From: Paragordius varius
Taxonomy: Eukaryota; Animalia; Nematomorpha
NCBI GenBank assembly: GCA_964247055.1
Contig: OZ176051.1
Location: forward strand, 7,564,001-7,628,000
DNA: 64,000 nucleotides
Direction: 5' to 3'
This document shows, in pieces, positions 1 to 12,534 of the stretch. Both the position numbers and the translations under genes were made by a program. The notes beneath the pieces were generated by a model, which ran no database searches, was not told where the DNA came from, and saw nothing but the letters and a program-made list of their open reading frames with translations. Positions within the stretch are counted from its first letter, which is position 1; each line of letters begins with the position of its first letter.

Positions 1-354
1 TTTTTCAAGCAACAATATATTTTGCAAAGAAAAATGTTGCGTTTTGTTTATTGACTAAAAATTTTATAGAAAATTAATATGATATATGAAATGTACAATT
101 AATGTGTTTTTTACTTATATGGGTTTAATATAATTTATTTAAAAAAATTAATTTGAGATATTAAATTACGGGGACTTAAAGTATTTCAGCAATATTTTAA
201 ACATCCATTATTTAAAACTATTAATGTTTCAAAAATAAACATAACATTACGCAAAAATTAGCATTTTCGCACAATTAATGGTTTCGTTTTTTTATGATTT
301 ATTTAGCTCATAGGTGATTGAAATGCAAAAGAACGCGCGCGCTGCATTTACAAC

Positions 355-371
355 TTAAGGGGAGCCCACTG
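355..371. mobile_element. Isolated pogo/Tigger-like terminal inverted repeat end (partner end not found, possibly outside the window)
   Basis: TTAAGGGGAGCCCACTG followed by TA. The reverse complement TA-CAGTGGGCTCCCCTTAA resembles Tc1/pogo-type TIR starts. Confidence 0.3.
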
Positions 372-530
372 TATTTTATTATAATTATTGTATTTAAAAT
401 TAATATTTATAATTTAAAAAATGTCCTCTTTACATTACATAACTAAGTTGATTATAATCATTCAAATATTTATACACAATTTACATCACAATGCATATAT
501 ATATCTACAATCAATTTATATTCTTATGCA

Positions 531-1937
531 TTACATAACTACGGCATAATTTACATTATTCATATTATGATTATTTCTCAAATTTTTTTTCAGTACTACT
601 GTATTCTGAGTTTTAATGTGCTGAACTACTGTTGGTTTATTCATTGGCGTTTTTTTCCCAAATTGACCAAAATACCTTTCATCAGTATCATCGTCCTTTT
701 TAGTATTGTTATTTCGCATTTTTCCCATGTTTGCCGTCTTTTTAGTTACGAGGCGGCCTGCCGTTTTAAGGATTCCCACTTCCCTTAAATAAGTTTGCAT
801 AGATAGGGCAGAGGTCGGACTTGATTCATCAAAGAATGAAAGGATAGCATCTGGGACATGTTCATAACAATAATTTATTTCTTGCTCTCTTCGGTTTCGG
901 GGTTGATGTGGTGTCTGTCGGCATAAAACAAAATAAAATATATGAAAAGAAGTAATTAATGTTAAGCAGTTTAATTACAGGTGAATTGAAAATATATGGG
1001 GTAAAACAACCTCTCTTTTAACTTTTTTAACTATTTAATTGGAGATTTACATAAGAAAATATTGATCATATGCCGAATTATAAATAAATTAACTATACTA
1101 TATTGTAAATTGGCTAAAGTTCCTTAATATAATGTAGAGATTTTTATTAATTCGTATATGGAAAGAACCTTCAAATAAAATATTATAAATTTTTATACAA
1201 TAAAACAACTCATTTTGGAGGCGCTAAATATAATAAAAACGATAAAAACTTATTTTTTGTGTAAATATAAATTGGGCATGAGATTTTTAACTTCGAGTGA
1301 TATTTTATTATAAAAAGTTATTTAAATTTTTTTTCAAACTTTTTATATTCCCCAGAGCCATTAAATTCAATATATTTGGCTAAATTTTACATATGTTTTC
1401 TTTAGCCTTATAGGCGCTTAAAATAACATATAAATATATTTTAAAAATTCTCCTCTCAAACTTTTTCGCCGCCATTTTCCATTGTTTTTTACTCATTCAG
1501 CCCATTTTGATGATATAAACCAAAAATAATACAGATCAAAAAATAAAATTACTTTAGGTATGAGATGCTGAGTCGTATTTGCTCCAGTACAAGTGCTGAA
1601 ATATAAAAAATAAAAGTATATAAATATCTTATATTATATATTGTCGAAATAATTTAATATCTTTTATGCAAATTAATTTTGAAACAATCGAAAAAATAAA
1701 GCAAAAATACTGTTCGTTCGGAGATTTATTGAATCGAACTTCATTAATCATTATGTTGGGTATACTATATCAATAAAGTAAAATAAATTTTTTATGGTAA
1801 ACTTATGGTAAAAATTTAAAATGTAATATAAGCATTTATGTATATTCTAACTTGAGATTCGTCGTCTGATTAGTTGAATTTTGATTGGTATATTCATCAA
1901 GGGAATTTGTTGGTTTTTTATTCGTCTAAATTTATAG

Positions 1938-1980
<43 letters not shown>

Positions 1981-2929
1981 CAGGGGTTTGTAGTTAATTT
2001 CTATGTTGACTGCATTAACTTATTTATTCGTATATTAGGTTAAAAAACGAATATTATATACCCTGGAAAGATAGAAAATGACGAATTTCAAAAATAAAAA
2101 CCAAGTATTAGGACCCTAACCTTAAAATTGTTTCTCCAATCCATAAATTTCTATTCAAGTGTTGGTTTTGTAAAAAAATATATAAAAAAATTTAAAATTT
2201 TTAACCTTTTTTCGGTTAGAGCATTCATATTTTTTGCTTTTGGGTGTTTTAGGCTCAAAAATGGTGCTATACATATAATTAAAGTTAAACCTGGATAAAT
2301 CTTTTGTCATCAGTTTACATTTTTCAAATGAAAAACCTGATTCAACAAATTGTTTGAATGGAATATCATGAATCTATTTATTATTATCAAAATTAAACTT
2401 CAGTATAAAAATTAAGAAGACTTTTAAAAGCCACATTTTGAGATCCTAATTTTTGCGTAAATATATCGGTAATATTTTGCCATTGACAACGTACTAAAAT
2501 TATATTACATTATTAAAATATACAATCGGATAAAATATTTGGAATATCCAAATTCTTTTCTCTTAATTTTTGATAAAAATCATTTTCATTATAAGATTTG
2601 TAGGATGAAACGCTAAAATTTGATAAGGATGAATCTTCATTCAGGGTATGTATATGAGAATGTGTTCCCTTTTCAGATAATTCAGTGAACAACTGACTTT
2701 GGGATGATTCAGTATAGTCATCTGTTTCTGGATCTTGCTGTTTAGTACTTTGTAAAAAAGATGGACTAATCTTACCCTTTTTCTCCTTCTTTTTGGTAGT
2801 TTTTGCCTTACGTTTACCCCTTTTGGGACGATCATTAATACTATCAAGAAAGAAATTAGTTGTATCCTCCAATACCTTTTTTCTTGATCTGGTATTGTAT
2901 CTAGTTGTGGTAGAAGAGTCAACATTCAT
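531..2929 (-). CDS. Hypothetical multi-exon protein with a Lys/Arg-rich (NLS-like) and Ser/acidic N-terminus
   Basis: Exons 2929-2524, 2493-2399, 2373-2291, [unresolved ~2290-1926], 1925-1852, 1595-1553 and 914-531 join in phase across GT-AG introns, including 30-nt and 25-nt introns. No family recognised. Confidence 0.7.
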
Positions 2930-3027
2930 TATACATTCTTGAATTCAATATTTCCAGTGCTTTCAAAAGGGATTTCAAATTCCGCGGAGTCTATGTGAAT
3001 TTATGAAATGCAGCTGTTACCTCTACC
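2930..3027. promoter_or_regulatory. Putative bidirectional promoter / 5' UTR region (98 bp between divergent ATGs)
   Basis: The minus-strand ATG at 2929 and plus-strand ATG at 3028 are head to head. The interval contains CG dinucleotides (TTCCGCGGA) in an AT-rich background. Confidence 0.5.
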
Positions 3028-6000
3028 ATGTCGCAAAATAAAGTTGGCCTTTTTCCTCATATATTCCTGGACATAAAAATTAATGATGAATACAGTACTA
3101 CTTATATTAATATTAGTTGGAAAAATTATATTTGAATTATGCGTTGATGAGGGCATACGGATAAGTGAACACTTTTTAGCTCTCTGTACTGGATTTTCAA
3201 GACTATCACCTTCCGATCAAAATGATCCTAATTATCACCCATTTCTCAAGGGGTCATTTATAAAAAATGGTTTTAAAATATTAGTATATTGTAGTCGATA
3301 ATTCAGCCATAGAAATTGGGAGTCAAGAAATTACAAATTTAAATTATCCTGAACAAAAAGCTATCGTAATTTATATATATATTTATCAAAATCTTTTAGG
3401 ACACATCGCTAATTTATTTGGGATGTATTAAAAACGTTACAATTCCTAATCTATATTCGTATTATATACTGTCATCGCATTTTGTAACTATGAAACCAAA
3501 TATCCCATTATATGCTTTCGGTTGCGTGAATAATGGTTTTGGTGTTATTAAACAAATAAAAAATCTTGAAACTTCTGGAAATGGAAAAATATTGAAGGTT
3601 ACGTTAACCTAAATGATTTCATTAATATTTTACTTATTAATTATTTTGGGGTTTGGCCCACAAAACGTATTGTTCTATTTATTTTAAAATATGTGTATTT
3701 TTATATTATTACAAAATATTTGAGTTATTTGTCATATACTCCTGAATTGTAAAACACTGCTAATCTTCTATGGTCAATTAATCATATTTTTCTACTATTT
3801 TTTTAATTTTTTTGAAGAATGCATATTTTTTATTCAAACTTATCGGTTAAGAAGACAATTTCTTTCTTTTAATTAATTATTTTTCTCTTACTTTATAGAA
3901 ATGTACCATTTCTGATTGTGGTATATACGATGGCACCAGCAAAATCTATGAGACAGTAACAGACAAAATATGTGATCCTTATGCCGATTGTCCCGAAGAT
4001 CAATTCGCTCGACTGAAAAATGGCCTACCTATGTCTTATAATGAGGTTTTTAAAAATATTGTTGGTTTTTTTCTTGCATCTTATGTTTTTTACGCGATTG
4101 AAATGTATGTGGTAGGACATTATTTTATAGGGCGAAAAGGTATATAATATAGTATAGTTTTTGGAGATAATGTTTATTTAACATTTATGATATAAATGAT
4201 CATTTATTATTAATTAATAAAAATATAAAACGTGACAAAATTATTAAACAAAATTAGTTAATAAAAAACAATTATTTAAAATAAAAGAATCATATGATAT
4301 GTGTGCAACCCTTCTGTGGGCTTTAATTTAATTAAACTCTTTTTTTCGCTTTTTTGCGATACCATTTTATTACACTGTGCACATAAAGAGGTTTAAATCT
4401 AGTTTGGTTTTGAGACGACGACAATTTAAAATACTTTATTATTGCACATGTGTTAGTTTGTCATAAAAAAACAAAATTGCTTTTTTTAAAAATAAAATTT
4501 GTCTTTTTACCAAATCGATTTATATAATTTAACCGAGCCATGGTATAACATTATCATGGTAACACATACTCCGACAAGAATCGAATTCATATACCATAAA
4601 CAGTTCAAATTCACCCTTGAACAATTTAAATCACCCTAAAAATTAATTAGGTGTTTTCGAACTAATAAAACCCATTAATTAATATGAAATATATATTTAT
4701 GGCATAGTTTATTATTTTTTCACTATTATTTAAATTTAAAACATAACTTTTATTTTTAAAAAATATATGAAAATATAGGTAATTTTTATTCTTAAAAAAC
4801 ATATTTTATTTAAGGGTGAATTTGAATTGTAATTGGTATATATAAAAATGAAAAATTATGATATATAATTGGTTGAGACACCACATTTAATCAGAGTCAA
4901 AGCTACATTTTTTTCGACTTACTATTATGTTTTCCAATTAGTTCATTAGCAATAAGCCCTAATTTTTAAACTTTTGTTGAAATAATTGACTTGATATTAG
5001 AAATTATCTTATCATAAAAGATTTATATATCTAAATTATTAAATTATTTTTAAATTTCAATACCAATTTTAGGTAACGAACTCGTCAATATTAATCCATT
5101 TTAAATTTTTATATTATATATTCAAAAATTCGGAAAAATTGAATAATTATGGGTTATTAGCATTTAAACTAAAATCATATATAATGTATCTTAATACCTT
5201 CAAATAAAACTCATTTTGGTATTATTATAGTATTTAAATAAGCTTTTTTTGTTATAACCAGCATACATGACACATATTTATGTTTTAAACCTTTATACTT
5301 TAATTTAAGTTTAAAATTGATATATTGAGATATCGAAATGTACACTTTAAATAATATTTTTATACAACAAAAAAAATATTATTGAAAGCTTAAATAATAA
5401 ACTATTCATATAAATATATTTAGGTGTGTTCATTAGTGGCGATAGTCAATCACATCAAGTATTTTGGTAAATTTTTGTATCTCAAACAAGATTATGAACT
5501 TAGTCTCTCCAAGTATGCCAAAGCATTGAGGTAGTATAACTTTAATATATTTGATTATATACCATTTTTCATGCAAAATCATCATTTTTTCAACTAAATG
5601 CAACATTTTTTCAACCAAACTCAACATTTTTTCAAGCAAATGCAACATTTTTTCAAGCAAAGACAACGTTTTTTCGAGCAAACGCAACATTTTTTCAAGC
5701 AAAGACAACAATTTTTCAACAAACGCAACATTTTTTCAAGCAAACGCAACATTTTTTCAACCAAAGACAACATTTTTTCATCCAAACGCAACATTTTTTC
5801 AACCAACGACAACATTTTTTCAAGCAAAAACAACAATTTTTTTAAAATAAAAAACCATTTTTTTATTTTAAGACATATTAAATTTAAAGTTAATGTAAAT
5901 TAATTTTAGCGTAAAATTATGATTTTTGTTGTTTTATCATCAATATTTAATGGTATGATTGATTTTCAAACATTTTAATTTATCCCATAAATTGCATTAT

Positions 6001-6996
6001 TTATTTATAAATTTTTTTTCATCAATCAATACAATTTGCGCTTTAAGACTCTCTTTAAAAATTAATATCCTTCGCTTAAAATTCCTTACATTTTTGCAGT
6101 TTCCATACCGTTATTTTGTGTGTAAATTATCTATTTTTTAAATTTTAACTAATATCCCTATTTATTAGTTTTTGAATCAAAATTAATATTTTCATAGTAA
6201 AACAACTTTGTTTGGAAATTTTCTTTAATTTATCAATATTATAAATTTATTATTGTTTTAAACTAAATATTACCATCATTAACTCACAAAACATAGATAT
6301 TTTTTAATATTAATGTATAGAAAATAATAAGGATATACGGCTCTTATGAAAGAAATGTATTCACTTAAAGGTTTAGGTTAAATAAAAAAATAGGTAATTA
6401 TCGAATAATGATTATTTTAGTGCCTCATTAATAAACGTTAGAATCAAAATTAAAATATCAAAGGATCAACTTGAAGTGTTCTAGGACTAAGTTTAAAGTT
6501 AAAAGAACAATCTTGAAGCGCAGTATAGATTGATTAGGTGAAACTCAAGTTGTAAAAGAAAATAATAATTAATATAAATAAATAATGCAATTTATGGGAT
6601 AAATTAAAAATGTTTGAAAATCAATCATACCATTAAATATTGATGATATAACAATAAAAATGATAATTCTACGCTAAAATTAATTTATATTAACTTTAAA
6701 TTTAATATGTCTTAAAATAAAAAAATGGTTTTTTATGTTAAAAAAATGTTGTTTGCTTGAAAAAATGTTGTCGTTGGTTGAAAAAATGTTGCGTTTGGAT
6801 GAAAAAATGTTGTCTTTGGTTGAAAAAATGTTGCGTTTGCTTGAAAAAATGTTGCGTTTGCTTGACAAAATGCTGTCTTTGCTTGAAAAAATGTTGCGTT
6901 TGCTCGAAAAAATGTTGTCTTTGCTTGAAAAAATGTTGCGTTTGCTTGAAAAAATGTTGAGTTTGGTTGAAAATATGATGTTTTTGCATGAAAAAT

Positions 6997-7039
<43 letters not shown>

Positions 7040-8435
7040 GTAATTTATGTTTGAACTTATCGATTTAATTAAAATTATAAAATATTTTTTTTTTGCGCTT
7101 CACCAAAATATTTTTATTTGATAAATATGCGAAATCCATTCATATCTTAATTTTTAAAGATATAATAAAGTTTTTTTTAAAATTAAATAAATAAGATACA
7201 TTTAAATATTAATTTAATTAAAAAAATAACTAAGGAAATTAATATAACCGAGTATGCAATAAATTTAAATAATAAACTTAAACCGAATTAATTATTATAT
7301 ATTTTAACCCCATTTTTAAGGTACTTAAATGCGCTCTTGGAATTTTCTGGAACATTGAATGCCCAAGAAAACGACCATATTATGAATCTAACATTAAGCT
7401 GTATTTTAAACAGGTAGTAATAACTACTAAACAAAATTTAATTTTTGAAATTATATAAATAAAATATATTCTTTATAATATAATATATAGCGCTGCTTGT
7501 CGGATTAAAATGAAACAATATGCGGAGGCATTGAATGATTGTGATGAGGTTTATTTTTGTTGACAGTTATATAAAAGAGCAAAAATTAAAATATTTTCAT
7601 TACGGCACGGTTTTTACTTATCGACCAGCTTAAAAATACCATAGTCATACCATAATTAATACCTTGCAATTAATATTATAACTGAAAAATTGGAAATCCT
7701 CAACCAAATTTTACCACATCTGTTTAATATTTTAAATTTAATGATATAACCATAATTTATATTTGTTTACATTATATTTAAGTTTGATACCATTGTTATA
7801 TAAGTAACTCATACCATAAGATAAACATATCCAATTTAGTCTTGTAGTTAAATTTTATAACGACAGGTCATTTTAATATATATTTTACTCTTTGAAGTGT
7901 TTTATTTTGCGTTCTTTTTTAATTAAAAATAAATTGTGTTATCAATAGCTAATTTTACATATGTATATATATATATATATATATATTTATCTAGGCCATG
8001 GATTTAGATCCCAAAAATCCTCGAATCTATTTCCGACAAGCTCAATCCTACCATGGACTCTCGTTGTACAATGAAGCACTCTTGGCCCTAAAGAAAGGCC
8101 TGACCCTTAAACCCTGCGACAAAGCTATGATGGCTGAAATGATTGCTATTAATGGTGAAATGGCGGTTTATTCTTCTATCAACGCACTGCAAAAGTCATC
8201 AAACAATAGCGAAACCAATCCTATAATGTACAACCCCATGAGTTCGGAAAATAGCGATCCAAATGATCCAAATCTCATTTATTCCAATTATGTGAATATG
8301 TCATCAAACAATTTATATTGTCAACAACCAATTACATTGTACGACAATAATTACATCACACCACCCATAGAATTAGCCGTAAACTCTTCATCAAGTTCGG
8401 CCAATTCTAGCAAAACTATCTCATCAGGTATGTAG
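3028..8435 (+). CDS. PPID: Cyclophilin-40 (PPID)-like: degenerate cyclophilin domain + 3 TPR + Ser/Asn-rich tail
   Basis: Exons 3028-3094, 3117-3269, 3295-3365, 3400-3597, 3899-4045, 5424-5530, 7321-7413, 7491-7548 and 7995-8435 splice in frame. Motifs IFLDIKINDEYIGKIIFEL, FLALCTG, KCTISDCG, DPYADCPED, SCILNSAAC and LDPKNPRIYFRQAQ match Cyp40 architecture. Confidence 0.85.
4594..4836. mobile_element. MITE family A (CCAT...(A/T)TGG ends, TA flanks, 21-bp subterminal repeats), copy 1
   Basis: Left end TA-CCATAAACAGTTCAAATTCACCC, right end GGGTGAATTTGAATTGTAATTGG-TA. Internal sequence is shared with copies at 16758, 23647, 32680 and 55127, in the opposite orientation to copies 2-4. Lies in a PPID intron. 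Confidence 0.85.
5562..6998. mobile_element. Foldback-type non-autonomous DNA element: ~430-450 bp inverted arms with internal 21-bp tandem repeats around a ~565 bp spacer
   Basis: 5562-~6008 is the reverse complement of ~6574-6998. Termini are TA-CCATTTTTCATGCAAAA / TTTTGCATGAAAAATGG-TA. About 11-12 copies per arm of a unit like CAACATTTTTTCAAGCAAACG (period 21 measured at 5726, 5747, 5768, 5789, 5810). Lies in a PPID intron. Confidence 0.92.
6999..7032. repeat. (TA)n microsatellite abutting the foldback terminus; other (TA)n tracts at ~1944-1974, ~7963-7986, ~9186-9220, ~11507-11540 and ~23625-23646
   Basis: Directly visible TA dinucleotide runs. Confidence 0.95.
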
Positions 8436-9181
8436 TATATAGGCATGTATTCCGAAAACTAAATATAAGCCTTAAATGAGATAGGTTATTTTTAATTTAG
8501 TTATTGTAATTTCTTTAAATAATTAATAACCATAGCTTAAATTTCATAATTTATATTAGTTAATAGTTCTTTGATAAAATAGATTATCTCAGAACACAAT
8601 CGAATGAAGCCATGCTTTATAAACAGGCATTTGTTCAACCCATTTACAATAATAATAATAGTAATCCGAATAATTGTATAACCCCCACAGATAAGGTTCA
8701 ACAATCGATTGATGATAATAATAATTATAGGTCTAATCAACAAAATTACCATTTTATTAATTAATTTTATCATTTGTTTGATATTTCTTTTCAAACCTTG
8801 AAATATTATTTTACCCCAAAATTTACCTCTCCCTTACTTAAATAGATTTCAGCATAATTTTTATTTATTAAAGAGATGTGATTAAATTTTCTGTAAAAAA
8901 AATATAGATTTTTGGGTGCTAATTTACATTCCCTACTATTACAAAATAATTATTCAATTTTATATTATGTTATAAATATTTAGTTTACAAAATTTTGTCC
9001 TCAAATCTCTATCATTTAATCTAGTCATTTCTTATTCATTTGCTCTTAAAATAATGATCTATATTTAATCATCCAACAGAAATTTTTTATTATATAACAA
9101 TATGATCAGATTATGTATATTTTTTATTTATTATATTAGAATTATCAAAATCATCGTAAATATATTTTATAATGGGCGCAT

Positions 9182-9223
<42 letters not shown>

Positions 9224-9282
9224 GAAACGAACAAAAAATAAATTATTTGGAAAATATTATAAAAATTAAATAAATTTGCGTG

Positions 9283-10199
9283 TCAGCGAAATTGGTAAAC
9301 CTGTGTATCGTCTTCAGGGACATAACTTAGATTGAGTGATTGAAACCTAAATATGTCAAATTAGGTATATTATTCAACACACCCAACATATAATATAAAA
9401 GGTAAACTTTTAACAAACAACAATGGCATTTTTTTATTGATTATCTCAAAAAAGCTTAGGATTATAAAGTTATTCTAATTTTCTTTGATTCATTGGTTTT
9501 TGTTTAAAAATATTTTTTCACAACATTCTTGTGCGATGACCTTTGTTTACATATAAATAACTGTATATATGCCACAAAATGTCTTACCACTCTGAACTCC
9601 TATGATAATAGTATCCCTCTATAGTTGACGTGGATTTTTGGAAACATATGTAATAAAACCCGGCAAAAGATGCTCCATTTATTTCTTTAATTGTATGATC
9701 GGGAACCAAAAAATGTTCTTTCCATCTCATATATACATAATCTGATTTCTTAAGTTCATCATAATCAAAATCGTCAGAATTAAAAGTTTTAGAATATTGA
9801 TAAAAGTTTAGAAATTTTCCCTGTTATAAACATATAAAAAAAAGGTAAACCCAATGCTTTTTATCAACTTCTTCGTCTGCTTCCCATTTACGGGTTAAGA
9901 AAGGAAATTTTTTACTGATAATTTCTCCATCAAAAAATGTGGTTAATTTAGGATATTCTAGTGTTAAACCCTTAATTTTCAAATAACCACAGATATAACT
10001 ACTTTTGTTATCTACATTCTTTAAAATTATATCATATAGCAACCAATAATATAACTTCCACATCATAACAATTCCCTTTACTTTTTTGATGTCCTTGAAA
10101 ACGAGCCCCACTATACAAAGGGCAAGTAAATAAACCGTTTGGACTAGAATTAAAGGGTGGATTGGGATTAATATTTGATGTTATGTTATTTGAAACCAT
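9283..10199 (-). CDS. GID4: GID4 / Vid24 homolog (substrate receptor of the CTLH/GID E3 ligase)
   Basis: Exons 10199-10044, 10018-9851, 9820-9588 and 9346-9283 translate to [22 protein letters not shown]...[20 protein letters not shown]...[33 protein letters not shown]...[17 protein letters not shown]...VYQFR*, very close to GID4. The start ATG is inferred. Confidence 0.95.
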
Positions 10200-11464
10200 A
10201 TGGGAATATGCAAAGATATTCAAAAGTCTGTTTGTATAATAAATTTATTTTTTTACATTACATGAATTTTGCATTTATTGAAGTTCTAATTCATTAGCAC
10301 GTATCTTAGTTAATATTATAAATTTTTTTAAATATTGAGCCCGGTAATAATTTTCAAATTGATGAAACCATTCGCCCTCAAAACACTCTTTATCATTTTA
10401 CCACACTACTCATTTTTGGAGTCCATTTACAAAAACATATTATTATTTTAAATTGATTATCAACATTGCATTCGAAATAAATTTACAATTTAAATTCTTT
10501 AATTAGTTAGTAGTGAAATCTTTAGCGTTTATTATATTAAATATTTTACAAGATTTATATATAATTATTAATTTTAAATTTTCGAGAATCAAATTTTTTT
10601 GCGGGTTAACGGAATCGATTATAGCATATTTTTATATGCCATGTTCTTAAATATTAGCAAAGCTTTTCTAATAATTTATCATCTTTTGTATCCAATTTGA
10701 AGATAATTAGTCAAAGTTTATCAAATAAATATTATTAGCAAAGGGTTTAATTGCATATAATGCTTAAATTACATAAAAAAAAGTTTCCAAAATAATTCTA
10801 ACCACTATCAAATCTGCCCTAGGCCACACCAAAATCTCTAAGTTTTACTTGATTATTTTTATCACCTCCGAATCTACTTCTCTTAGGTCGTAGGATGTTA
10901 ATTTTTTTACCGCATGAAAGCAAGCCATGACTTGAAAATCAAGTCAAAAAAATTATTTTATCACCCCACCCTTAGAGTCTAAGATTGGGACAGCTAAAAC
11001 CCATTAATAGAAACAGCATGAAAATATATCAAGTTTTTGCTGATAAAATTTAGCCTAAGCTTTTATAATGTAATTATTTACGTTTCTAACCATAATAAGC
11101 AATTAGTTGCCTGTTGCATTAGCGATTTATAATTCTAACGGAAATTCGCCTTAAAACATGATAGAACCAAACATCTGATATAAAATTATTATATACTAAA
11201 AAATTGCTGGTATATGTAATATCAAAAATTATGAAACTAAAATAATATTATATTTAACCATAAGAAAATATATTTGCCTCTTGTCACCATTTTAAAAATA
11301 AATAATGACGGCAAAAAAGTAAAGATCTTTTTTAATTTTATAGATATGTATCATAAAGAATCATAATTTAAAATTGAGCTCAATGCTAAAAATATGTTTT
11401 AATATATTAAAATTTTAAATGGCCGTCCATAATAGCCGAAATTATTAGTTTTAATCATCTATAA

Positions 11465-12534
11465 CACTCTGTCCGAAATCGGGGGTATAAAAAAGTAACC
11501 TGATGTATATATCTATATATATATATATATATATATATATTGATAGGAAAATATATCAGGATCATGTTTTTGGTTTTGGCCCTTATGCGTGATATAAGAA
11601 AGGTTTAAAATATGATTAAAGCTATTGGGTTCATTCTAAATATCATTATATCATAAACTATGGGCTCCGAAGTTCCAATTTTTTTGCTCTTCGAAAATAA
11701 GCAAGTTCTTCTGAGATATATTCAAATATGCCAAGATTGCGGAATAAATATTTTAAATATATGCTAAATTATAAAATATTTTTGAAATGCATATTTTTAC
11801 AATTTCATTTTTAGCAAAATTTTAGTGAAGCCTTTTTTATACTATTTTGAGGTATGTTATAAATGTTATATAAACGCTATAATAAAAACACTTTTCCTAT
11901 TTAATTTAATGATGCTTATTTGTATGCTTTCGGAATTAAATTTAAAGTTTCGTTTTTTTCAAAAATTTTGCTGGATTTTTGTAAAAACATTACCATAAAT
12001 TTAATGATACTTTAATCAAAATTTTGAGGTGATAGAAATATTCAAATAATCAAACTGTCTGGAAAAATATTTTATCGTTTCTATCATGCCCAAAGTATCG
12101 AGTACGCTTAAACAAAATTTTGATAAAATCTAAATATTTGAAAAAAGTAAGCAAAATATAATTTTTTTAATTGATATCAAAATTTACCTTGAATAATATT
12201 TATCTTGAACTTTTGCTCTCCATTTTAGAAGAACCAAAATTTAGGACCTAGGGATCACAAATCTATGAATTAAAATTTTTTAGAAATTTTGTTTTGCTTT
12301 TTATAGGTAGTATATGATATATTTTAGTTATACTTTTTAGATTGAATAATTAAGCTTTCACCAAAACTATATTTTTAAAAATATGCGCAAAGTCATTTTT
12401 TGATATGGAGCACTTACCATAAAAGAGTGAATATCTTTCTTATAAGGCCAACAAAAGCACCATGATAATCCTAATAAGTTTTCCTATCAGAATATATATA
12501 TATATATATTTCAACAGTTTTTTGTTGGACACTG
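11465..12534. mobile_element. Tc1/mariner-like non-autonomous element (~1.07 kb) with long imperfect inverted ends
   Basis: Right end TTTGTTGGACACTG-TA (reverse complement TA-CAGTGTCCAACAA). The left arm GATAGGAAAATATATCAGGATCATG...GGCCCTTATGCG is the imperfect inverse of the right arm GGCC...CCATGATAATCC...TTTTCCTATC. Related pieces at ~12990-13155, ~30600-31240, ~60370-60620 and ~61250-62300. Confidence 0.6.

Noticed and set aside
5590-5835. Regular 21-bp repeats as a possible CRISPR array
   Set aside because: The units are directly tandem with no unique spacers, no cas genes are present, and the context is eukaryotic.
5433-7040. Heptad-repeat ORFs (LLEKMLS..., QHFFKQT..., KKCC...) on both strands that resemble coiled-coil proteins
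   Set aside because: They are a by-product of the 21-bp tandem repeat (a multiple of 3) inside the foldback arms, open in several frames at once, and they lie in a PPID intron.
8537-8794. 85-aa minus-strand ORF between PPID and GID4
   Set aside because: Ile/Asn-rich composition typical of AT-rich noise, a TTG start, and no recognisable homology.
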